Origin: Callorhinchus milii
Taxonomy: Eukaryota
DNA length: 64,000 nt
Direction: 5' to 3'
Assembly (NCBI RefSeq): GCF_018977255.1
Contig: NW_024704742.1
Coordinates: 4,714,001 to 4,778,000, forward strand
This document shows, piece after piece, positions 27,787-38,859 of the stretch. Under the pieces are notes generated by a model. It was not told where the DNA came from. It was given only the letters and a program-made list of their open reading frames with translations, and did no database searches. The position numbers and the translations under genes are program-made. Positions within the stretch are counted from its first letter, which is position 1, and each line of letters opens with the position of its first letter.

Positions 27787-27792
27787 AATAAA
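27787..27792 (+). terminator. Distal polyadenylation signal of RNF38 (AATAAA)
   Basis: AATAAA with upstream TGTA/U-rich elements and a downstream GU-rich tract from about 27810. Confidence 0.7.
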
Positions 27793-28395
27793 TGTATGAT
27801 GTATACTTATTGTTGGTCTGGTAGTCTTCATCTAAATGACCTTATCTACTTTGTATTACTTTCCAACTTATTTCCACATCAGATTTATTTATTTCAAATT
27901 TCACCAGGACAAACATGCTATTATGCCTTATTACATGTTTTCCAATGAACAGTAAAGTGAAAACTAAATATCCCTAAATAAGGGATCTAAAATGTGGCAA
28001 TTACCAACAGGTTCATGTAAATAAGGGCTCCCAAGGGAAAAGGAGACGATTCCAGTAACAGAATGAATGGCACCCACCCAGATTAACGCCCTGCCAAGAC
28101 GATCTATTTCTGGAGTAGAACTCTTGTGGGCTGGTGTGAGGTACTGCTGATTTTGAGACGCCATCACCATTTGCCACTGGGAAACCTGTTGAGGAACCTC
28201 ATTCAAAAAATGATGATGTAGATTTTCGGAGACAAAAAAATGATCATCAAACTGGGATGCGTTTCATACTTAGCTGGGTTTCCGACTCGCACAGAAACCT
28301 GCCACCCTGCTTGAAGAGTATCCAAACCCGAATTCCACAGACACGTGCCACCTACACATGCGAATTTCTGCGTTTGGAATGGAATGTGTACTCTC

Positions 28396-28662
28396 GTTCA
28401 ATTCCAGGCAGAGGGCGAAACCTCGGGCAAGTTTCCTCACTCCACACAGAGCCTAATAATAATCCCTCCAAAACAAAACAATAATAAATTGGTCATTTTC
28501 AACCCACGACTGGCTGTGGGACGCTGCTGTGCGCAATTGGCTGCCGCGTTTCGCCCACAAATATACAGTCAATTCACTTTTCAGCGTATTCTGTGAAGCG
28601 CTTTGAGACGTTGAGAAGACATGAAAAGTGCTGTATCAAATGCGAGGATTATTATTATTATT
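28396..28662 (+). mobile_element. Deu-domain SINE (5'-clipped) with (TTA)n tail
   Basis: gttcaattcc B box, gctgtgcgcaattggctgccgcgtttcgcccaca core, atcaaatgcgaggattattatta tail; further tail fragments at about 5055-5168, 14510-14625, 16913-17022, 21025-21142, 28748-28880, 40930-41030, 47060-47250, 57810-57975. Confidence 0.88.
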
Positions 28663-31396
28663 ACGAGGACACATCCTGCTTTACCTAATTCTGGAGAGTG
28701 TTAGGTTGGCAAGAGTCCAGGCTTGGTGATTTAGGGTTACTGCATATATCGCCCACAAAGTATACAGTCAATTCACTTTACGGTATATTCTGTGAAGCGC
28801 TTTGAGACGTCTCGAAGACATGATAATGACAAATGACATTTGTGTAGTGCCTTTCATGTCAGAAGGCGCTATATCAAATGTAAGGATTAATATATTACTG
28901 TTTAGTCAGCTAAAACAACAGCTTGGACAACAGCTTGCATTTATGCAGCACCTTTCATGATGAATAGCATCTTGGAACGCTTTACAGCGGTGGGATTGGA
29001 TTCCAAGCAAAGAGAAAGGGGAGGTGATCATCGATGTAGTCAAAGAGGTAAGTTTTAAGGTGGGATTTAAAGATAGATAAAGAAGGGAGTGAGGTGGAAG
29101 GATTGAGGTAGGGAGTTCCAGATCTTAGGGCAAAGTGACTAACGGTACAGACACCAATGGAGGCGCAGAGGATTTGGGGGACGAGCAGCAGGCCCGTGCC
29201 AACATAGTGACTGGGGGCAGGCAGAGGAGTAGAGTATGAGTGCCTGCATATATAATTGCATAGGATTAAACTGTTCAGCACTGGTAAATATACCCATCCT
29301 AATTACCCACCCTATCCCCCTCCCATACCCCACTGTTCCCTATATGTTTTATATTTACAAGTTCAACCTACATCGGGACTTCGCTGTCATTCAAGGGAGA
29401 TGCGAATGACCATTGTACCCTTTGACCCACAGTTAATTCCTCTCATCAGACTGGCAATATCTTCTTATATGCTAACATGTTATAGGGGTATGGGGGCAAA
29501 GGCAGGTAAATGGAACTAATGGGAAGAGCATAATTATATCTTTAAAAGAACATCACAGACACTAAAGATGTGCCATGGGAGTCATAAACGTGTTGTAGAG
29601 CACTGGACTTGTCTAAGCCTAGAAAAAACACTCCAGCCATGACCACTGACAGACCAGCAATGGAAATATATTTGGGATCATATCCAGTTGTGATTCCTTA
29701 CCGAGCGATGCACCCGTTGAATCGGTTTCATTCCACTTATAACCCTCTTAGCCTAATATTGTACTTAGTTCTAAGCTGCTTTTGCAGATAGTCCACACTT
29801 GCTCTGAGACATCTTCTGGTGCCCCTTTAAAGTGCCTCCACGTTTGCCTTAAAGCTCTCCCCTTTGCAGTTACCTTGACACGACCGCTGCAGAGATAATT
29901 GTCCTGCAGGATGGGGTTTCAGTTTGCTTAGAACCTCACCTTCAGAAAGCGATTGGCCTCATCATCAGCCGTCAGGTCCCAGGCTGTCACTTCATAACAA
30001 ACAGTACTTTTTATCAGTGAGAATTCTCGAACCTTTACACAAACATAAATAAAGCACCGAACTGCAGTGAACAGCTCCCACGAACGAACCAGCAAGAGCC
30101 TCTATCATCGATACCCTCTATCGAGAGGGTTTGACTGAAATGTCCTGGGACTGGAACGAAACTCTCACGTTAACTGAAATAAATTACTTTGACCTTCATA
30201 GCTTTAGGTTATGGGTGGGATGGGGGAGGAGGGTTGGCCAGCCAGATGCATGGCACATCCATCACCATGCTCAAGAGTATCCAAGCCTGTGAGTTCCATG
30301 TATGCCACCCGCATGTGGAAATTCCTGTGTTTGGAATAGAACGCGCACTCTCTCTCCTCGGTGGGAGACATTCTGCTTACGTAATTGCTGACGTTCAGAA
30401 TTGGACGTGCAAAGGTCCTCCGTGTATATGTTGAAATGGACCCCTGGCTGCAGATGATGATAATTATAATAATCCTTCCATTTGATATAGTCGTTTCGAA
30501 ATCTCAAAGCGCTTCACAGAAAGTGGATTGACTGTATTTTGTGGACGATGTATGTGTGTATTTGTGGTGATGTCGTGAAGGGCGCTATATAAGTGCAAGT
30601 TGTTGTTGATGTGACCAAAGAGGATCCTTTAGATCGGGAAAAGAAGACCGAGGATAGAGCCCTGAGGAACAGTACAAGTGCGGGTGCTGGGGCAGGACGA
30701 GAAGCTGTTAGAGGAGAACTGATGGAGATACTGGGACAGGTAAGGAGTAAAAAGTGCAGAGCTGCTGGACTTGTACCAGGAATGAGAAGCAGCGGAGAAG
30801 AATAGAAGGTCAATGTTATTAAAGGTGGTAGAATGGTCTAGGAGGGCAAGAAGATATCGGATATCCTGGGCACCGGCAGAGAGGATGTTATTTGTGGCTA
30901 TCCAGAGCTGCCTCAGTACTGTGAGCGGGGCAGAAGCCACACTGCAGGGTTAGGTACCTTGGGGAGAAAGGGCCAGTCGGGTGGGAGGTTGGATAGAGAT
31001 CCAGTTTGGATTTTTTTAAAGGAGGAAATGAATGGTGGTGGTTTTTCGGGAGGAAAAAAAAGATGTGTGGGAGATATCGGGTCCGAACAGCTTCTGTTTT
31101 AGTTTTTAATGATGCTTTCCACTGGTTTTCTGATTATGAATCAGGCTGATGGGTCTGCGGTTATCCAAACAGGTCCTTCTCACTTTTCTTGGAATCTATG
31201 TTGCAAATAAGATCAAGAAGCACTTTCTGAACATCACAGTCTTGTAGGGCATTAGTCACTGCGTTCAAACTCTGGGACAACAAATTTAACGCGGAATAAG
31301 TCAATCCCAGTTTAAAACTTCGTTCGAACGAAAAATATCCGGCAACTTTGTCGCCTTCGGAGAGTCTCAGAAGATAAGAACAGTTTAGTAAATGTT

Positions 31397-31410
31397 CCAC
31401 TAGAGGGGGC
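31397..31410 (+). promoter_or_regulatory. Candidate CTCF motif between the convergent genes
   Basis: CCACTAGAGGGGGC; motif match only. Confidence 0.35.
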
Positions 31411-31814
31411 TGAGTATCTACTGGAACCACAAACGTTATCGGGCAATTCAACCCATTATCAAGTTAGTGTGTGTTTCTCCAATGAAAGCATCGAGTCTGA
31501 TCCCGATTCCTCTATTCTCTCAAATGACCTTCTTCCACATTTGCCCTTTTGAATGTTCCCTTTCGTCCGCTCCCAACAACTGCCCCTGGCAAACCATTCC
31601 ATATTCAGACAACCATCTTTTTATTTAACTATTACCTTACAACGTCTTGTGTTTTAGCTCTGAGCCCAGTGATAACCATTGACTACCTTTGACTAAATTT
31701 TTGGATGATATGACAATTATCATCGATGGTAATAGCATATGCTGCCCTTTTGCTGCCTACAGTGCTATGCAATTAACTTTTATTTTTGTTCAGCTGGATG
31801 TCTGACACATGTGG

Positions 31815-32090
31815 AGCCTTTGGAGTCCCCTAGCATAGTGATTGATGCATTCGCCTCGCAAACGAGAGGACTCGGATTTGATTCCCGGACGGGGCGAAAC
31901 CTTAGGCAAGTTTTCTTACTCCCTATGGCTCCCACTGTTTGTGGGACGCTGCTGTGCGAAATTAGCTGCTGCATTTCGCCCACAAAATACAGTCGATCCA
32001 CTATACAGTGTGAAGCGCTTGGAGATGTCTCAAATGACTTGATAAGGCGCTGTGTCAAATGCAAGCATGATTATTATTATCATTATTATA
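31815..32090 (+). mobile_element. Deu-domain SINE, near full length
   Basis: tRNA-like head, core and TTA tail. Confidence 0.8.
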
Positions 32091-32779
32091 GACTTACCGT
32101 TTTGACCACCCTGCCGTCAGCTTTCCCCTCCCCACCCACCTCAGCTTCTACCCCAAGCTAAGGTGCCATTATTGTTAAGTGTCTGCGGGCATCCTCCCAA
32201 TGTGAAAGGTGCTATATAAACGTGTGTTGTATTGTAAAAAGTGCCATATCAAATGCAATGATTATTCTTCTTATAAATTAACCTGAAGAGGCACAGCAGA
32301 AATTCGCGCTGGACCTTTTACTTACGACTTACAACTCCATTCCCATAACCAGTTTGCAGGTAGACGTTGTATGGTATAGTATTTCAACATTGGGTGGAGC
32401 TCTTAAAAGGATTAACAGTCAATAATTAGTGTCTGGGATCAGACACAAAGGATTTATAGTCTTAGTGTCTGATCCCAGTTCCTTAAATCTAATTTCTTAT
32501 GATTATCATTTTCCTGTATCATCAAAGAACAGAAGTGAAGGGTTACATTACAAAACACTGTTTAAATGTTGGTGTCACAAAATAAAGTAAAATGTACATG
32601 TAAGAGTTGAAAATGCCACAAAATCACTGACTAATAATCCACTGGAGGCAACATGTTTTGACTATAAACACCTGTAACCGCCAGACCTGTAACCTGCAGC
32701 TCCTTACGTGCAGGTTTACACATGGAAAAACATTGGGAACGTTTCCCAGCTTGGACTAAGAATGTACTGGTCATTTATT

Positions 32780-33085
32780 TAGGAGTGGTGCAGGCACCAG
32801 TTTCAAGCGATAGACCTGGGTTCGATTCCTGGGAGGGCGAAATCTTGGGTCAGTTTCCTTACTCCACAAGCCTGATAATAATCCCTTGAGGGAAATAAAA
32901 TAACAATTTGGTCACTCAATCCACGGCTGTTTTTGGGACGCTGCTGTGCGCAATTGGCTGCCACGTTTTGCCCAAGAATATAGAGTCAATTCATTTACAG
33001 TATATTCTGTGAAGCGCTTTGAGACATCTAGAAGACGTGAAAAATGCTATATCAAATGCAAGGATTATTATTATTATTACATTAT
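32780..33085 (+). mobile_element. Deu-domain SINE, near full length
   Basis: gggttcgattcc B box; core; atcaaatgcaaggattattattatta tail. Confidence 0.85.
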
Positions 33086-33152
33086 TAATGAATGACTTTT
33101 ATGCACAATTTTATGTCTAAACGTTTAAAACTTAAATGAGCATAGCGCTGTC

Positions 33153-33640
33153 AACAACAACAACAAGATTCCATTTATAAAGCGCTTTTCACGACAGGAG
33201 GACGTCCCAAGGCGCTGCACAGTTGGGTCATGACCCGAGCATTGGGGGGGAAATGGTCAGGGTGAGGGGAGGGAAGGGAGGGAGCGAGGAGGGGGAAGAG
33301 AGTCGAGAGGGGAGCTGAAGGCTCGGTCAAAGAGAAAGGTTTTGAGACCGGCCTTGAAGGAGGAGAGGGAAGAAGCGGCGAAGGCACTGGGGGATGGAGT
33401 TCCAGAGCCTCGGGGCTGAGAGGCTGAAGGCCCGAACACCGATGGTAGGGCGATTGGGGCGGGGGACGTGGAGCAGACCGGAGCCGGAGGAACGGAGGGT
33501 ACGGTACGGTACGGGTACGGCAGGTAGGTAGGGAGATAGTAGGTTGGAGAGGTAGGAGGGAGCAAGGCCGTGAATGGCCTTGTAGGTGAGGATGAGGATC
33601 TTGAAATCAATCAATCAATCCTCTGGGGGATGGGGAGCCT
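33153..33640 (-). mobile_element. Young L2 3' fragment
   Basis: ORF 33327-33614 IDFKILILTYKAIHGLAPSYLS..RAFSLSAPRLWNSIP; (CAA)n tail. Confidence 0.92.
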
Positions 33641-34608
33641 CGGCTTTGATATATCCTGCTTATGAGTTCAATGTTTGGACTCAGCTGTGAGCCTATGATA
33701 TCTATGTCCAAGGCTTTTCAAGAGTGTAACTGTGGATTCAGGCTTCAATCATCATAGGTATTTTTGTTAAACAACAACTTGGCATTTATGTATCACCCTT
33801 CATGTAGGATAATGTCTTGGAGAGTTTCACGATAACAGGGTTGGACACAGGGGTTGAGATGGTGGGGCGAGAGAAAGAAGGTTCCCAATCAACCCATCGT
33901 GCCTCTGATGGCAAACAACTTCACTGGACTTTTCTGCTTTAATCTCTTTCCACTGCTCTTATCCTGAATGATTCAGTGATGAATGTATTTTGGACCCGGC
34001 TTCAATGACAACTTGTGGTAAAGCAGCCAACGTTCTAACAAAAAAAAATAAACATTGCTTCTAACCTTCCCCTATTCTTTCTTCTGTGTAAAAGTATGTC
34101 AACATTTCAATGTGGTTGGAGATCAGAAATCTATGTGTTCAAATCCCATTTGGTCTATTCAATCCACCACCCTTTCCAGATTGATAAAATCTATCTCTCT
34201 AAAAAGTAGGATCTCCCTAGGGTTCGACTGCCTCTGAGGAGAAATGGCTGCTCAGCCAAGAAACAACATATGTCTATAATATAATAATAATTATGCATTT
34301 GATACAGGACCCTATCATGTTGTCAAAAAACTCTTTTTACTCTAAATTCCACTTTATTGTGTAATATACTGCACTGTGTGTCTGTAGGCAAACAGGGCAG
34401 CCAATTTGCCTGAAGAAATGTCACAAAAACCGCCATGACTCAGAGTTGAGAATGCTACTAACTGAGTAACACTGAAACCTGAGCCAAACTGACATATGGT
34501 AAGATCCAAAAACCATTGGTGATTGATCAACTTGTGTGTTTCATCAATGAGCCTTGGATGGGCATGCAAATACTGTGAACCAACGTTGGGTAAGGTAAGA
34601 ACAACAAG

Positions 34609-35457
34609 ACAACAACAACAACAAGATTCCATTTATAGAGCGCCTTTCATGTTGGGAGGACGTCCCAAGGCGCTGTACAGTTGGGTCAGGACCCGAGCAT
34701 TGGGGGGAAATGGTCAGGGTGAGGGGAGGGAAGGGAGGGAGCGAGGAGGGGGTAGAGAGTCGAGAGGGGAGCTGAAGGCTGAAGGTCAAAGAGAAAGGTC
34801 TTGAGACCGGCCTTGAAGGAGGAAAGGGAGGAAGCGGCGAAGGCGCTGGGAGATAGAGTTCCAGAGCCTCGGGGCTGAGAGGCTGAAGGCCACCGATGGT
34901 CGGGCGGTTGGGGCGGGGAATGTGGAGCAGACCGGAGCCAGAGGAACGGAGGGTACGGGCAGGTAAGTAGGGGGATAGTAGGTCGGAGAGGTAGGAGGGA
35001 CCGAGGCCGTGAGGATGAGGATCTTGAATTCGATCCTCTGGGGGGTGGGGAGCCAGTGGAGGTGAGCGAGGGCGAGGGTGGGAGTGATGTGGTCGCGGTG
35101 TCTGGTGCGGGACAGTACACGAGCTGCAGAGTTCTGAATGACCTGCAGTGTGGAGGGAGGGCCGGGAAGGCCGACGAGGAGAGAGTTCCCATAGTCCAGC
35201 CTTGAGGTGATAAAGGCGTGGACCAGAGTTTCAGCCGCGTGAGGGGTGAGGTAGTGCCGTAGTCTGGCGATGTTCCGGAGGTGATGGAAGGCGGTGCCAG
35301 GTGTGGCGCTGATATGAGGGAGAAAGGACAGCTCAGGGTCGAACAGAACCCCGAGGTTCCTGATGGCTTTGAGAGGTGGAGAGTGCAGCCTTGGATGCTG
35401 ATGCTGTCAGCGCCAGAGGTGCGGAGGCGCTGACGTGAGCCAATCAGGAGGGCCTCA
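34609..35457 (-). mobile_element. Young L2 3' fragment
   Basis: 3' end nearly identical to 33153-33640; extends into RT C-terminal region homologous to 3255-4100. Confidence 0.92.
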
Positions 35458-35479
35458 TAATCATATCATAATATCATTA

Positions 35480-36998
35480 TAATAAGATAGGATCAGGAGT
35501 AGACCGTTCGACCCATCAAGCGTGCCACCATTTTATTAGGTTATTATTTGCCATTTTCCTACCCTTTCACTCTTTGCCTTCGTACCCCTTCCAACCAAAT
35601 ATTCATCCAGCTCCTTAAATGTTTCATTTGACCTGACATCTACAATTTTTGCAGGTAGTGAATTCCGCATTTCCGCGATCCGTTGCATGATTTTGTTTTC
35701 TGGTTTCCCTCTTAATTGGTTTAGCTCTCATTTTAAAATGAAGTTCTCTTGTTCTGGATTCCTCTGTTAGAGAGCGAGGTTTCTCGCTATCCAGCTTGTC
35801 AAATCATTTTATCGCCTTAAACACTTCAATCAGATTGCGCTACAAGCTTCTTGGCTCAAGGGAATGTATCCCACGTTTGCCAACCTTCCTTCGTAAAGAA
35901 TATCTGTACAGCGCATTCTCCAAGGCCAATAAAACTGAACAAAACTTACTCCAAATAAGATGTGAGCAGCGCTGTGTACAATTGATGCATCACTTCATTG
36001 TTTTTGTATTTCGACTCTCTCAAGATAAAGGCCAAAACAACAGACTTTTTGATTGTGCTCAGTGACTTGTGAACTAACTTTTAGTAACCTGTGGATATGG
36101 ACACCTAAATCATTTGCTCATCTATCTAGTCTTTCCCCATTAAGAATATTTTATTAACGTTTTAGCGTTATCAAGGGATATGGGGCAAGGCAGGGTAATT
36201 GGCCTTGAGGTACAGATCAGCCATGATCTTATAGAATGGTGGAACAGGCTCGAAGGGCTGATTAGCCTACTCCGGTTTCTAGGTTTTTATGTTCTGATTT
36301 GTCACTCTTAGATCCAAGGTGGACCACCTCACACTTCAGTACATCAAACTCCAGCTGCCATAGTTCTGCCCATTCGTTTAATCTGTCTATATCCCTTTGC
36401 AATTTCTTGCTTCACTATTCGTTGATTGGCTTGCCGGTGAGCCCAAAGTAAGGTGGCAGAATTAGGAAAGCTTAGCAGTAGATTTAATTGGGCATTTAGG
36501 AAGAACTTCTTTACGCAGAGGTGTGGTGAGAATGTGGAAACCCATTGCCTGAAACTACGGTTGGAGCAAAAAGATCATTCTATTTAAGAGGAAACATGAG
36601 GCAAATGTGAGGGAGATGAAATATAGTGGTGTAATTGAGGAAATTAAGAGGGATGGGAGCTTGTGTGAAATATAAACACCAACATGGACCAGTTGGACCA
36701 AATGGACTGTTTAAATACTATATACTCCATATAATTCTATGTAATTTATTAACCCTCCTTACTTAGTCCCATCTGCAAACTGAAATATATTTGCCTCTAT
36801 TTCTTCATCCGTAACATCAATACACAGATTCAAGACTGAGATTGATAGATTTCTTGTGGATAAAGGGATTAAGGGATATGGGGATAATGCGGGTAGGTGG
36901 AGTTAGAATAGATCAGCCGTGATCTTATTGAATGGCGGGGCAGGTTCGAGGGGCCGAATGGCCTACTCCTGCTCCTAATTCTTATGTTCTTATGTTCT
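35480..36998. mobile_element. Nested CR1 fragments: a minus-strand CR1 interrupted by plus-strand CR1 3' tails
   Basis: Minus CR1 about 35480-36160, 36300-36420, 36750-36820; plus tails about 36165-36295, 36490-36745, 36825-36998, the last ending in (TTCTTATG)n. Confidence 0.75.
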
Positions 36999-37409
36999 AA
37001 GTTCTCGCGTTCAAACTTAGAACTTTCCCATGTGCTGAATTATCTGATTGTAACTAATTGTGGGGTGTTGCAATCAGTCAGAATCTTTGGGCCAGAGAGA
37101 GACTATCAGACAAGTTCCTGTTCCTGATCTCTATGCAATGATTTATACTGAAAATGATGTGTCTGTCGTCAATGGAGAGGTCAGGTTCGAGTGTGGCTTT
37201 GATAGCCCTCGGAGAGTTATAACCAGCCGACAATCCCTGGGGAGGCTCACAGCGAAGAATGACAACTTGGGCAAAGCTTTGGAGAGCGATAGAAGCTCGT
37301 GGCACAGCAAGACCCGGTGCAATCAGGAGAGGAAGGGGAACACCAGAGTAAATGTAAACCGCACGTGAAAATTTAGTTGAAAGTAGAAACGACACATTAA
37401 TTATTACGG

Positions 37410-38614
37410 ATAATAAATAGAATACATTTTATTGATGCACCAAATTGAAGTCAATATATACATTACAACAAACTCCTGACATAATGTCACTCCAAGCAAG
37501 GGAAAAGAGTTCAATGACTCTATATCTAGAGTGACTATTGTAGGTATGGATCCTCCAGGGCCACTGGGCGGTATTATTAGCTAATCATGGCTCACAGAAG
37601 ACATATAATTGTATCAAAAGATAAAATAATACTGGAATAGCATCGAAAAATAAATAAATAAAATACAAAATGAACCACTATATAAATTGCCTTTAATTGA
37701 AATGCTGGATTTGATTGTGTAAAATTACATTGTGTAAAACTGCATTAAATAGGCACAATATGGGCAGTGATGACAATAATAATAATAATAATCCTTGCAT
37801 TTGATGACATTGAAACATCTCAATGAGCTTCACAACAGTGCAGTGATTGTGTAAAGTGTAGTCACTGTGTAAAGTACAGTCACTGATATATATATATCTA
37901 TATATAGTCTATAGATCCAGTTAATGACAACCCTACCACCAAAAACAATGCTTAGATAATATAAATCAGAAATTGAAAATCCTAGATGCTAATCCTTTTA
38001 CACCTACATTTCAAAGCTTCTACAAGTTATGTATAATGTTTGCATCTTAACATGATTGTGTCGAAAACACTATTTTGCAACTGTATTAAGTCTAACCATT
38101 ATTTTGTGAAATAAATCGAACTCTCCAGTAAATTATATGTGATATAGTGGTGTAGGAAAAAAATAAATTATGAAGCTTGTTTCTAAGAATAACTGGTAAA
38201 ATATTAAATTAATAAACACAGAATCACAACAAGTGCAGGATAAGGTTGACAGTAATCCCTCTGCGTTAAACCTCTGTCAGTTCTCACTAGTTCCTCTCCA
38301 GAAGACCAACTATAAAGAGCAATTGAGCAATTCAAACAATAATGTTCGTCTCTGAGCAACATAGTAATATTGCCAATGCCTCCTCGCATTAACACAAGAG
38401 GATCAGACTAGTAGAAGGAGACACAGGTGAATCAGTGATCGCGCTTGACAAGACCAGACAAGAAGTAAACTGTTCTCTTGCTCCATTTAAACCAGTTTTA
38501 CCCTGAACAGGTTCAGCCATCTAAAGTCACAAACAGTGCAACGCAACACCTAAGTGTCAGCGTAGAGGATGGGTTTAACTGACGCTGGATAGTTTCAGCA
38601 AAGTCTTCTCACGA
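37410..38614 (-). other. 3' UTR of CXCL8-like gene (~1.2 kb, AU-rich)
   Basis: Multiple ATTTA on minus strand including TTATTTATTTATT (37649-37661); AATAAA on minus strand at 37433-37428. Confidence 0.65.
37428..37433 (-). terminator. Polyadenylation signal of CXCL8-like gene
   Basis: TTTATT on + = AATAAA on -; followed on - strand by GU/U-rich tgtgtcgtttctacttt. Confidence 0.65.
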
Positions 38615-38627
38615 TCAATCTTGATTT
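38615..38627 (-). CDS. CXCL8: CXCL8-like chemokine exon 4 coding part: (R)NQD*
   Basis: Strong acceptor ttttttttctttatttggcag|; AG|A AAT CAA GAT TGA; total CDS 64+118+81+13=276 nt = 91 aa + stop; canonical four-exon 1/2/2 phase pattern of CXC genes. Confidence 0.85.
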
Positions 38628-38778
38628 CTGCCAAATAAAGAAAAAAAAATCAGTAAATAGATGAAACCTGGATTATTGGGTTTTTTCAGAGAAACGTTCA
38701 GAAATAATGTTTGCATTCCCTGCTTAAAGTTCAATCCAAAACAGTGTTTCTCTGAAAGTCTACAAAATAGAAAAGTAC

Positions 38779-38859
38779 CTTAGTTTGCTGTTAATTATTT
38801 TCTTCACCCAGCGTTTCTTAATATCTAAGCAGATCTTTACTCCACTTCGAAGTACGGCA
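38779..38859 (-). CDS. CXCL8: CXCL8-like chemokine exon 3: AVLRSGVKICLDIKKRWVKKIINSKL(R)
   Basis: Acceptor ttttcctttcattttag|, donor AG|gtactt; 81 nt, phase 2 to 2; fourth Cys (CLD) and WV..II C-terminal helix. Confidence 0.94.

Larger units (their letters stand above)
22541..27810 (+). other. RNF38: RNF38 3' UTR (~5.3 kb to distal poly(A) site)
   Basis: U-rich, repeat-poor sequence after the stop, ending in AATAAA followed by GU-rich tgttggtctggt. Extent is inferred; earlier AATAAA hexamers also exist. Confidence 0.65.

Noticed and set aside
31161..31451. 96-aa minus-strand ORF (..NALQDCDVQKVLLDLICNIDSKK..)
   Set aside because: No recognisable family and no convincing splice partners; a BLASTP would settle it.
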